Positions 26,666-35,182 of a DNA stretch of 64,000 nucleotides are shown piece by piece. The DNA lies in the IMG/VR virus record IMGVR_UViG_3300009151_000043, positions 1 through 64,000 of that record. The stretch is one strand, 5' to 3'. Numbering within the stretch: position 1 is the stretch's first letter; each line of letters starts with the position of its first letter. The DNA is from a virus. The position numbers and the translations under genes were made by a program. Under the pieces are notes generated by a model. That model ran no database searches. It saw nothing but the letters and a program-made list of their open reading frames with translations, and was not told the DNA's origin.

Positions 26666-28393
26666 ATGATGGGTCATGACAAAATTAAGGACACCGTGGA
26701 GAAACTACTTCGGAAGAAAAATCCGAGGTCGATGTTTCTCGCACGCCAACTTATGTTTTCGGTACTACCTCCCTCTTATTTTGTCGAAAATTACTTATAC
26801 GACAATGAAGGAAGGCTGCAAAAATTAGATGCGTTCCCGATGCTGAAGCATATCTATGATAATATGCCTCAGAAACTGATTCTTAAATGCAGTCGTAAAA
26901 CATTAAAGTCTACACTGCTGAGTAATTTTATATGTCTTAATTTAATTCGCTGGAACTACTTTAAAATGATGTATGTGGGCCCCCAGGAGTCGACTACGAA
27001 GTATTTTTCAAGCAACTACATCCCCCCTAGGTTTGAAAGTCCAAAAATAAAAGAGCTCCTTGTGAAAGGTTGGTTTAAAAATGATGTGTTTGAAAAGATA
27101 TTGGATGATACGCGTAGTAGTGTGTTATTTAGATATGTTAGTGATGATGCAACCAGAACTCGTGGGCCTGCTATAGACTGTGTGGTGTACGATGAGGTAC
27201 AGGATATTCAGCACGACCAGCTTCCTATTATTCAGGAAACTATGGCTATGTCTCCGTATAAAAGAGAGATATTTGCAGGTACACCGTTAGACTCAACCAA
27301 CACCATACAAAGGATATGGCAAACATCCAATCAGCTAGAATGGATGATGAAGTGCCCTGGTTGCAACCATTGGAATTCACTTACAGAAGGTAATGAGCCT
27401 CTCAAGATGATTATGCCTCACGGGTTGAGCTGTAGTAGGTGTAGCAAAAAGCTAGACTCCAGGTTTGGAGAATGGGTTAGTACAAATCCTACAGAAGCTC
27501 TACTGACAGGCTATCATCTTGCGCAGCCCATTCTACCACACTTCAATAGTGACCCCAAAGAATGGAAAGAAATTCACGAAAAGGTACATAGTGGTAAGAA
27601 TGAGTTAAGAGTAGTGATGAATGAGACGTTTGGTTTGACCTATGACATAGGCTCAAAACCGATTACTAGAGAAGAGTTGATAAAGTTGTGTATTTTAGGT
27701 AAGCAGTTTACTGGTGATGATGAGAAGCACATGGCTATTTATGCCAAGAATAAGGGTAATTATTGTGTGTATACAATGGGAGTTGATTGGGGTGTTAGTA
27801 TGGCTCAGTCTAGGACTGTAGCCACTTTGGGCGCTATGCGCAAAGATGGAATATTCGAAGTATTCTTTGCAAAAATATATCGAGGCTTAGACCACGAGGC
27901 GCATATCAAGGATATCGCTGCCAGAGCTAACGCTGTGGGAGCTTTTTGTGTATCTGACTCAGGACCTGACCCTATACGAGGTATCAAGCTCTGTGAACTT
28001 ACAAGCACAGCTAGATCACAGCTAGCAGCCTATCGCAGAACCAAAATGATTCAACATTTTGAGCCTGGTGTGTACGACTGGCGGCAGAACAGATGGGTGC
28101 TTCATCGTTCTGATGTCATCAGTTTGGTTATACGTCAACTTAAAGCAGGTAAAATACTTTTTCCTGAATGGGGAGATGTATCTGAGTATATGCAGGACAT
28201 ACTAAACGTCTTTATTGAAGTTAAGGACGGCTTGTATGGACAAGAACTCATGTACGGCCACCACCCCAAACAGCCAGATGACGCACTACACAGTCTGGTA
28301 TTCTGTGTGTGCGCCGCCTATATGGCTATCGGGGATGCTTCTTTGGCTGGACCCAGCTCATCATCAGCTGACGAATCAGGTACAAGCTACTAA
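26666..28393 (+). CDS. terL: Terminase large subunit (GpA-like)
   Basis: ILKCSRKTLKST (Walker A variant), RGPAID...YDEVQ, GTP, CPGC...CSRC, NETFG, nuclease GVDWG and PDDALH. ATG 26666 preferred over TTG 26630. Confidence 0.85.
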   Translation: MMGHDKIKDTVEKLLRKKNPRSMFLARQLMFSVLPPSYFVENYLYDNEGRLQKLDAFPMLKHIYDNMPQKLILKCSRKTLKSTLLSNFICLNLIRWNYFKMMYVGPQESTTKYFSSNYIPPRFESPKIKELLVKGWFKNDVFEKILDDTRSSVLFRYVSDDATRTRGPAIDCVVYDEVQDIQHDQLPIIQETMAMSPYKREIFAGTPLDSTNTIQRIWQTSNQLEWMMKCPGCNHWNSLTEGNEPLKMIMPHGLSCSRCSKKLDSRFGEWVSTNPTEALLTGYHLAQPILPHFNSDPKEWKEIHEKVHSGKNELRVVMNETFGLTYDIGSKPITREELIKLCILGKQFTGDDEKHMAIYAKNKGNYCVYTMGVDWGVSMAQSRTVATLGAMRKDGIFEVFFAKIYRGLDHEAHIKDIAARANAVGAFCVSDSGPDPIRGIKLCELTSTARSQLAAYRRTKMIQHFEPGVYDWRQNRWVLHRSDVISLVIRQLKAGKILFPEWGDVSEYMQDILNVFIEVKDGLYGQELMYGHHPKQPDDALHSLVFCVCAAYMAIGDASLAGPSSSSADESGTSY

Positions 28394-29535
28394 CGGAAGC
28401 CTACACGCTTCTGCTCAGGCTCCTCGTAACCTGTGTTATCTTCGAAATTGTAGATATCTGCTAGAGACATCTCTTCACGTATTTTAGTCGGGTCGACACC
28501 CAAGGATGACGCTAAGGCTTTACTGTCTTTAAGGTTCAGCTTGTTAAACTCGTAACTCATACGTAATCTGCCTTTGCGCAGCAAAGCTTCATCGATCTTT
28601 TCTTTAGCTGTATTAAACGTAGCGATGATCGTTATATTTAATGCTTGTCCAATGAATCCGTCGGTAAGATTTAGTATGGTAGAAACGATTGCTGAATTCT
28701 CTGCAATGTCTCTAGACACTAAAGCTTTCTCAGCATCTTCCAAAACAAGAACGATATTTTTATTTTCTGTCAGCAAAGGAAGCATTTCAGGAGCTACGAG
28801 CTGATTAATCATACTCACAGGGATATAGGCAATTTTTCTTTTTATCTCTCCTGTCAGCAAATGCTTGATGTAAGATGATTTGCCTGTTCCTGGAGGGCCA
28901 TAGAACAGATAGAGCCCTGACTGCTTGTCGTTGATGCTGGTGACGAGCTCCTCATGAAATTTGGGGAAATCAGCTCCGTAGTTCAAGGACAGGTTTGTAT
29001 TTAAATCTGGCAGAGGCATCGCATTGAAAGTTAGCTCGCCATAGCTACTAGCCAGCATGTAGATTTTACCTTTCTTCTCAATTTTATGTGGGCGAAGGAG
29101 ATCAATAATAACCTGAGCCTTTTCGCGTTCACCAAAAACAGCGTACGTTGAAATCTGCATGTCTAGTTTTTGCTTTTCGTGTATAACTGCTTCTCTAAGT
29201 GTTGCTAGCTCTCCTCCTGAATAGATATACTGCCCGTCAGAACCGCTTTGACTCAACGATAGGAATATTCCTTCGTACTGGGTACCTGTTTTGCCTGTCC
29301 ATACCCCTTCCTGGAGCAGCTTGTCATCCACACTCGTCAACTGAGTACAGAGCGCATCAAAGTTTGCGTGTATATCGTCTACGCAAGACACACTAAACGG
29401 AGCGGCCCATTTTAATGTGACAGGAATTACTCCATAAATCTTATTATACAATGCATCTAATCTAATCTGACTTACACTGGCTGGCCTACCGAACAAATCG
29501 TGTGTTATTGTTGTTGGGTTGTTTAGTGGGTGCAT
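28390..29535 (-). CDS. AAA+ ATPase
   Basis: GLYLFYGPPGTGKS, LVLEDAE, ILNLTDG, ATFN, IDEALLRKGRL. Confidence 0.88.
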   Translation of the reverse strand: MHPLNNPTTITHDLFGRPASVSQIRLDALYNKIYGVIPVTLKWAAPFSVSCVDDIHANFDALCTQLTSVDDKLLQEGVWTGKTGTQYEGIFLSLSQSGSDGQYIYSGGELATLREAVIHEKQKLDMQISTYAVFGEREKAQVIIDLLRPHKIEKKGKIYMLASSYGELTFNAMPLPDLNTNLSLNYGADFPKFHEELVTSINDKQSGLYLFYGPPGTGKSSYIKHLLTGEIKRKIAYIPVSMINQLVAPEMLPLLTENKNIVLVLEDAEKALVSRDIAENSAIVSTILNLTDGFIGQALNITIIATFNTAKEKIDEALLRKGRLRMSYEFNKLNLKDSKALASSLGVDPTKIREEMSLADIYNFEDNTGYEEPEQKRVGFR

Positions 29536-30104
29536 TCTTTTAAATATTCTACAGTTATTTTAATTTTCTCGTTAAAGATCTCCTGCAGGGCCTCGTTCTT
29601 TTCATCGTCATTACCTTCTTTCTCCCGCATCAAAGCCTGAGGAAATAGTGTTGGAGGTTTATGCATACCATAATCATAGAATATCTGGCCAGCGTATGTT
29701 CGTACCTCTGGAGAAAAATGCAGAGGTTCGCTTCTGATTATGTACGCTTCTGTTAAACCACAAATCAGCTCCTCAGCTTCTAGAGGGTTGAGTTCTTCAA
29801 GGCTATCTGGCTGATGGTTTAACAAGTAGTTTAACGTCTCAAACACAACAATATTATTCTCATACATGTCTGTAGTAAGAATTGTTATTGCTGCTTGCAG
29901 CTTATCGGACTGTAGATCAGATAGCTCACAATCAAAATCTTCCTGCAACTGCGCTTTAAGTACGGTAGGATCCCACTCATAACACTCGTTACCGTATTTT
30001 TTAGTGACTAGCCACAATAGCGCTGTGGCCGGAGCTTTATCGTCTGTAAGTATTTGTTTAGCTGCTTTCATACATAGATACAAAGAACCTCCCTTGGTGC
30101 GCAT
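29523..30104 (-). CDS. Hypothetical protein (possible head-associated)
   Basis: Acidic 193-aa ORF near terminase; true start may be the internal MKAAK. Confidence 0.7.
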   Translation of the reverse strand: MRTKGGSLYLCMKAAKQILTDDKAPATALLWLVTKKYGNECYEWDPTVLKAQLQEDFDCELSDLQSDKLQAAITILTTDMYENNIVVFETLNYLLNHQPDSLEELNPLEAEELICGLTEAYIIRSEPLHFSPEVRTYAGQIFYDYGMHKPPTLFPQALMREKEGNDDEKNEALQEIFNEKIKITVEYLKECTH

Positions 30105-30160
30105 CGTGGAGAGGCGTGGGAGGTGTTGTTTGATTGGTTTGAGTTTGGTTTGAGTTTGGT

Positions 30161-30901
30161 TTAGCCTTGCACCATTCTGTTTCCTGCTTCAAATTTTTTA
30201 TTTGCTTCTGTGCGTAAATTCATGGCCCGCACTTGTTGCCTAACCTGATCGGCGCCATCCACGACTACGGCACCCAGAGGACCTACCACTGGGATAGTAC
30301 CTATGGCTCCACCTATAGCCTTGAGCCGCGCTCCACCCCAATCACCTTCCGCAGCGTAATTACCTGCAGAAGCCAGATCGTCCATAAGGTATCCTCCGGG
30401 TATGATTCTTCTTGCTTGCTCCTTGACGAAAGACTTGGCAGCACCTAAAACATTGCCTTGCATAAGTTTGCCTAGAGGGCTGTAATATTTCCCCATGGTT
30501 CTTCCCCCCATAAGGCTAAAACCTGCCGGCGTTCTGAGGTTGGGTGGAGCGTTTTCTTCTGGTAATGGCTGATAGCTTGGTGTGCTGTTTCGCTGGGTTG
30601 GTGCACCCGCCTGAAAGTCTACAATACCTGCGTGCCCAGTACTGGTAGGCCCAATTGACCTGGGTTGGGTTGCAGGGTTGGCTCTAGTTACGTTAAGCTC
30701 AGCGTTTATGGTTGGGTTGCTCCTAGGTGTTATGGTTGGGTTGCTCCTGGGTGTTATGGTTGGGTTGCTCCTAGGTGGCGTGATTGGTGTGATTGGTGCC
30801 GCAGCCTGTTTAAGTAAGCGTATAGCTGAGTCGCTATCGATACCGTGCTCCGAGGCCCTTTTTAAGTAGCCTCCCAAAAAAGAATGTTCGTAAGGCGTCA
30901 T
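30161..30901 (-). CDS. Hypothetical, possibly virion-internal protein with N-terminal leader and Gly/Ala-rich hydrophobic C-terminus
   Basis: FLGGYLKRASEHG...LLKQAAA leader, Pro/Thr repeats, GGAIGTIPVVGPLGAVVV. Confidence 0.65.
   Translation of the reverse strand: MTPYEHSFLGGYLKRASEHGIDSDSAIRLLKQAAAPITPITPPRSNPTITPRSNPTITPRSNPTINAELNVTRANPATQPRSIGPTSTGHAGIVDFQAGAPTQRNSTPSYQPLPEENAPPNLRTPAGFSLMGGRTMGKYYSPLGKLMQGNVLGAAKSFVKEQARRIIPGGYLMDDLASAGNYAAEGDWGGARLKAIGGAIGTIPVVGPLGAVVVDGADQVRQQVRAMNLRTEANKKFEAGNRMVQG
30706..30777. repeat. 3 x 24-nt in-frame tandem repeat (encodes PRSNPTI-T)
   Basis: ttatggttgggttgctcct(a/g)ggtg x3. Confidence 0.9.
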
Positions 30902-30912
30902 AGTAAATTAGA

Positions 30913-31968
30913 TTACATGGGGCGAAGTCCAGTGATTTCTTCAAGAAGTTTCACATCGCTTCTAGGCATTGTAGGTAGAATTTCTGCAATTTTCTCAGGA
31001 TCGGCTGGGTCAATTCCGCTGTCACCGAAGGCTTCTTCGTAGTGGTCTTTGCTGATCTTTGTCAGATCAGTCAGCTTGTATTTGTCTCCATGCACTTCCA
31101 CATAGTTAAGGTCGCTAGCGATCTTTTCAATCTGTTCTGTGAAAATACAGTCTACAGGATCACCGAGGATCTGAGCGATTTTAGGCTTATCATACAAGCC
31201 TTCCATGTTCTCGATGTTAAAGCAGACTTCCGCCACTTTTAAGACTTCTTCCACAGAGGTCATATTTTCGAGATCGTTGGCGATCTTATTGTAGCTTTCT
31301 TTGTGTTCTTCGCTGGCGAGCTTGGTACTTCTTCTCCAAAGCTCGTGCTTGAGATTGGCTAGGTCAGGGTAATACATGCCTGCATACTTCATCAGCAGGT
31401 CAGGCAGTTCATCCACACCGAGGTCTTCTGCAGCTTTTACAAAATTCTCAGCAGAGTCTACCCGCACATTGAATGGAAAGTTGTTGATATTCCTTGTGAA
31501 GCTTTCAGCGGAAGAAACTAGGTCTGCTGCAGTTTTAACAGGGTATAGCTGCACAGAAGCCATTCCATCAACATGAAAGTCGACCATGTGCTGCTCTTCG
31601 TAATCCGATGCTTGCTTGATGTTCAAGCTACTATTGTAATCCCGGATATCTTCCGTGATTTCAAAAATATCTGCAGCCTTCTCGATAGCTGATTCAAGTT
31701 GACTAGAGTAGCTTTCTCCGTATAGTTTGGAGATATCAGCCTTTTTATTTATAAAGTAGGCATTAGATGTATAAACACGCGCAGGAGTATTAATGGGATA
31801 TATCATCCGATCAGGATCAGCAAAAGCAGCCTTGGGCAACTTGCGTAATTCGCTAGAGTCGTCCACCTCAGCTGTTTTAACATATTCAGGAAGTTCCACA
31901 TCCCTGAACATACGGTGCATTTCCTTGCCTGAATAGTCTGTACTGGCGTCAAAGTTATAAATACTCAT
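30913..31968 (-). CDS. Acidic K-x-A-rich protein, probable head scaffold/core component
   Basis: 14 K-x-A tripeptides; duplicated YP(I/V)xT motif; ATG 31968 preferred. Confidence 0.7.
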   Translation of the reverse strand: MSIYNFDASTDYSGKEMHRMFRDVELPEYVKTAEVDDSSELRKLPKAAFADPDRMIYPINTPARVYTSNAYFINKKADISKLYGESYSSQLESAIEKAADIFEITEDIRDYNSSLNIKQASDYEEQHMVDFHVDGMASVQLYPVKTAADLVSSAESFTRNINNFPFNVRVDSAENFVKAAEDLGVDELPDLLMKYAGMYYPDLANLKHELWRRSTKLASEEHKESYNKIANDLENMTSVEEVLKVAEVCFNIENMEGLYDKPKIAQILGDPVDCIFTEQIEKIASDLNYVEVHGDKYKLTDLTKISKDHYEEAFGDSGIDPADPEKIAEILPTMPRSDVKLLEEITGLRPM

Positions 31969-31984
31969 ATTTTTCAATTATACT

Positions 31985-33265
31985 ATGTTATTAAACAGCT
32001 TCAACAGTAAAATCAATCTACCTAGTGTAGTATCCAAACTCGGAGTTAACACTTCTGAATATGACTTTGTGAGGCTGCCTATTTTTGGTTGGTATGCCCG
32101 CTCAAAATCAAATGACTTTGTAGGCAACATATTCGACTTCTTCCATATAAACGACTGGCGCAGGCTGTATGGCACAATTTGCAGAGATTTTAGTGACTGC
32201 TTTGATTTTAAGCTACCATACAGTGAGCATGCTGAAAAGAACCTTTTTAAGGATCAAACTAAAATCATGCAATGGCAGTCTGTATGGCTACTCAGTCAGC
32301 AAGAAGCTGAGAGTGCACGGGCCAGGTATCAAGACAAGATTGTGTACTTTACAGATATACTGAATGACGCCGGTATGCCTGAGCTTGTCACTAACGGTTT
32401 TGGCTACCTTACCGACAAGGTACTCAAAAGCTTTCCTAAGCTAGAGTTGGACAATAAATACAAATATAAGAAGACTGTGGTTATTCCCTCGTTCTGCTCA
32501 CCCAAGCATATCTGCTCACTAGAGGTGGCCAGGCTGACAGATATCACTCAAAGAGAGACTGTTTTTCTTAATAGCGAGTATGGCTGGTATGGAAAACAGG
32601 GCGTGGAAGTTGTCAGAGATATCAGTGAGCTAAAAATAAAGGTAGGCAATACTTGGAACTATAAAAACGATTATTGGAACAAGACCACTATCAAGTTGTC
32701 TGAGGCGCTAGGCGCTAGTCAGCTTATCAAGATATGGAGCGAGTCCCGTAACACGACGTTTTCTGAAAAGATAATGGAAAGTATCATCGGTAAGCAGGGG
32801 AATGATGATCTTAAGAACCATGTACCTATGCTCAAGTATGCGCAGGTGCAGGAGCTTGAGAAAGTCAGTGGGCAGCCCCTGTTAGAGTACTGGATGAAGA
32901 GCCGAGAAGAACAATTCAATGTACACGGCAAAACCTACGTCAAAAAAGATAAATCTTATTTCCTGGTTAAAAAGAATGAAGAAGAGCAACTAACCAACTT
33001 CACACTAGATATAAAGGAGATACGTAAAAAAAATGAAGACGAGTTTATTTGGTGCGGAATGATCTACTTTGAAGAGCACGCTGTTCCTTTTGAGATGGAG
33101 GACAGATACTTCATGTCCTGTCACCTGTTTACAAAAGGCATACGTAAAATGTTCCTCAATCTAGGGCTAGGTATCCCGTTCATTAACGAGAAGTATGTAA
33201 GGCAGCTTATCACCATGATTCAGCTCACCTGCAGCAACATCAAGGTTGTTTCTGACAATAGCTAA
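31985..33265 (+). CDS. Hypothetical protein, weakly primase-like
   Basis: 426-aa ORF. INLPSVV...GNIFDF and VVIPSF recall DnaG-type segments, but there are no Zn-finger Cys or TOPRIM acidic motifs. Confidence 0.65.
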   Translation: MLLNSFNSKINLPSVVSKLGVNTSEYDFVRLPIFGWYARSKSNDFVGNIFDFFHINDWRRLYGTICRDFSDCFDFKLPYSEHAEKNLFKDQTKIMQWQSVWLLSQQEAESARARYQDKIVYFTDILNDAGMPELVTNGFGYLTDKVLKSFPKLELDNKYKYKKTVVIPSFCSPKHICSLEVARLTDITQRETVFLNSEYGWYGKQGVEVVRDISELKIKVGNTWNYKNDYWNKTTIKLSEALGASQLIKIWSESRNTTFSEKIMESIIGKQGNDDLKNHVPMLKYAQVQELEKVSGQPLLEYWMKSREEQFNVHGKTYVKKDKSYFLVKKNEEEQLTNFTLDIKEIRKKNEDEFIWCGMIYFEEHAVPFEMEDRYFMSCHLFTKGIRKMFLNLGLGIPFINEKYVRQLITMIQLTCSNIKVVSDNS

Positions 33266-33266
33266 A

Positions 33267-33612
33267 AGAAAGATCGCTGGGTAAACCTTCTCGCCGTGCA
33301 TGCAAACACAGCGAGAAGGCAACCTTTACCCCAACCCGAAAGGGTCCAGGGTATTTATAGACGCCTGGCCGTCTTAGGGCGCAAATTTCTTTGCACCTCC
33401 ACCAGTCCTTGCGGACAATTTATACCTACGGACAAAGCCACCGCAATTCCAGTTTTGGTTTCTTGTTTACTGTAGGTATAAAAGTAAAAAGTGTTCTCCT
33501 TCGTGGTTAGGCGGGCTGCTGGAGAATACAGCCTATGACACAGGATGCCAACAAACCTGTGCACCAAGACACTCACGACTTGTCTTTTTCTTTGCAAAAA
33601 CCAACAAAGAAA
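33267..33612 (-). ncRNA. Candidate structured ncRNA of unknown family, immediately downstream of tmRNA
   Basis: At least 8 helices, two GNRA-capped hairpins, G-U pairs favouring the - strand, complementary ends. Confidence 0.55.
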
Positions 33613-33615
33613 GGG

Positions 33616-34051
33616 GGTGGACCCGAGGGGAGTTGAACCCCTGTCTCTAATACTTTTACAATCAATCACTTACAGCTTATCCGGTTGTTATATATTTCCT
33701 TCTACGGTAAACGGAAAACCTAGAGAAGAATCAAGTAAGCTTTAACTCTGCCTACTACAGCGAGTGGTCTATATCCCACCATTTTTTACAGGAGCTTGCA
33801 GTGTTTTGCAACTGCCCAGTTACCTGAGTCTGGGGTCCGGTACCTGCGAGCAAAGCTCGCTGCGGTTAGGCAGCGAGTGCTTCAGCGTCTTCAAACTCAA
33901 AAGAGTTCAAGATCGCGTCTGCTTCTGCAACGCTAGGCGCATACATGTTAGTGTTTGCGTTTAGGGTTTGTCCAGATTTTTAACGAGGCCAACCAGACTT
34001 CCTCGGCTGAGACTAATTACAACTATACTAGATCGAAACCAGTACGGGCCC
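33616..34051 (-). ncRNA. ssrA: tmRNA
   Basis: 5' GGGCCCGTACTGGTTTCGA. 3' GACAGGGGTTCAACTCCCCTCGGGTCCACC. Acceptor stem GGGCCCG/CGGGTCC with G3-U. pk1 CCGAGG...GGTTGGCCTCGTTAAAAA. Tag frame 33958-33866 ending ALAA-stop. Confidence 0.95.
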
Positions 34052-34083
34052 GAAAGCTACAGAATAGTATTTCTATTCAAATT

Positions 34084-34113
34084 ATTATACCATTAAAACA
34101 GAGGAATATTCAA
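34084..34113 (-). promoter_or_regulatory. sigma70-type promoter for tmRNA
   Basis: TTGAAT-18 nt-(TGg)TATAAT, 32 nt upstream of the mature 5' end. Confidence 0.65.
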
Positions 34114-34167
34114 CTAGGTGCGAAAAACTCCATAGCAAAGAATTATACCAGGAACAGCCAATATAAG

Positions 34168-34863
34168 CTAGGATGAGAAAAACACAGCGTCGTTAGTTGC
34201 TGGTGTCTTGCCTACTGTGTTCGGCTTATTGGGCCACGTCTCTTCCACAGTTGACCTGTTGGGAGAAGTACCAATCTGTGAAACCGACTCAGGGTTAGGT
34301 GAAAAGTTGCCATATTCTATATTAAAGCATTGGTTCAACACTACATATTTTCTATCAAACCTACCCTTGCCTTCTCCTACGCGCTCTTGAATAAGGACGG
34401 TGATATAGTAGGTGCCGGCAAAGAAAGTGCTTGTAGCTGCTGAGGGAATCCACACCTCATAATAGCCTGCATCTCCAGACATCTTGTATATGCCAGTCTC
34501 CAGACGCCCTTCCCACAATACTGTAGCTGCCCTGGGGCTGGTCTTTACAAAGACTTTAACTTCGTAATGTGTGGAATCTACAGGAGCACCGTCATGAAAC
34601 AGAAAAACATCATAAACGATATCTTCGCCCTGATAGAACATGTCTGGGTTCGTATTGCTTCCCTGCTCAAAGGGTATTCCTGGGATACCGTCCAAAATAA
34701 TGGTGTAGGGCTCAGGAGGACTGTTCTGCTCTTTCCTGGCACGCATTTGAGACGACTGTAATGCTGCAAGATTGTCTATAGCGGCCTTATAGACACTTTG
34801 TGAATCTCCCCCAGCATCCTGGGTAAAAAACTGAGGTATTACATCGTCCTGCATATTATACAC
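34168..34863 (-). CDS. Hypothetical structural protein (beta-rich, Ig-like core)
   Basis: FYQGEDIVYD...GYYEVWIP..T..F.AGTYY; last gene of the structural cluster. Confidence 0.6.
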   Translation of the reverse strand: MYNMQDDVIPQFFTQDAGGDSQSVYKAAIDNLAALQSSQMRARKEQNSPPEPYTIILDGIPGIPFEQGSNTNPDMFYQGEDIVYDVFLFHDGAPVDSTHYEVKVFVKTSPRAATVLWEGRLETGIYKMSGDAGYYEVWIPSAATSTFFAGTYYITVLIQERVGEGKGRFDRKYVVLNQCFNIEYGNFSPNPESVSQIGTSPNRSTVEETWPNKPNTVGKTPATNDAVFFSS

Positions 34864-35179
34864 AAACTAGAGCCAACCTATTATCTTCTCTTTTATAATA
34901 GCACAATTCGTCCAAGTTTAAAACGCTTTTAATCTTTTTAAACTCTTCGTCTGTAAGTGACGATAAAATATTTTCTGCAGTCTGCTTGTTAGCATCAGGT
35001 GTAGTGATATTTTGCTTAGCCCCACAATTGCATGATTTTTTGGGCGTACTGCTCATAGGTGCGTCCAGTAAGCTTGAAAACTTTGGCAGGCTGGTCGCCA
35101 ATTCTGGGTTTTGCTTAAGAAGGATTAGGAACTGATTAACACTAGTCAAAATTAGTTTTTTTTGATTGGGTGGAAGCAT
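34856..35179 (-). CDS. Hypothetical protein
   Basis: 107 aa, KKSCNCG motif. Confidence 0.6.
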   Translation of the reverse strand: MLPPNQKKLILTSVNQFLILLKQNPELATSLPKFSSLLDAPMSSTPKKSCNCGAKQNITTPDANKQTAENILSSLTDEEFKKIKSVLNLDELCYYKREDNRLALVCV

Positions 35180-35182
35180 AAC

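Noticed and set aside
30127-30163. Short GGTTTGAGTTT repeats (and 24-nt repeats at 30706) as a CRISPR array or iterons
   Set aside because: The repeats are contiguous with no spacers, have only 2-3 copies, and no cas genes are present.
33267-33612. RNase P RNA, SRP RNA or tRNA identity for the structured region
   Set aside because: No GAGGAAAGUCC/CGGCUUA P4 pair, no SRP domain IV motif and no cloverleaf on either strand.
33616-33650. Stand-alone tRNA gene
   Set aside because: The T-arm/acceptor half pairs with a 5' end about 400 nt away and brackets a tag ORF, so it is tmRNA.
33355-33669. 104-aa ORF (and + strand ORFs 33545-34176)
   Set aside because: They overlap the tmRNA and structured RNA and have no protein-like features.
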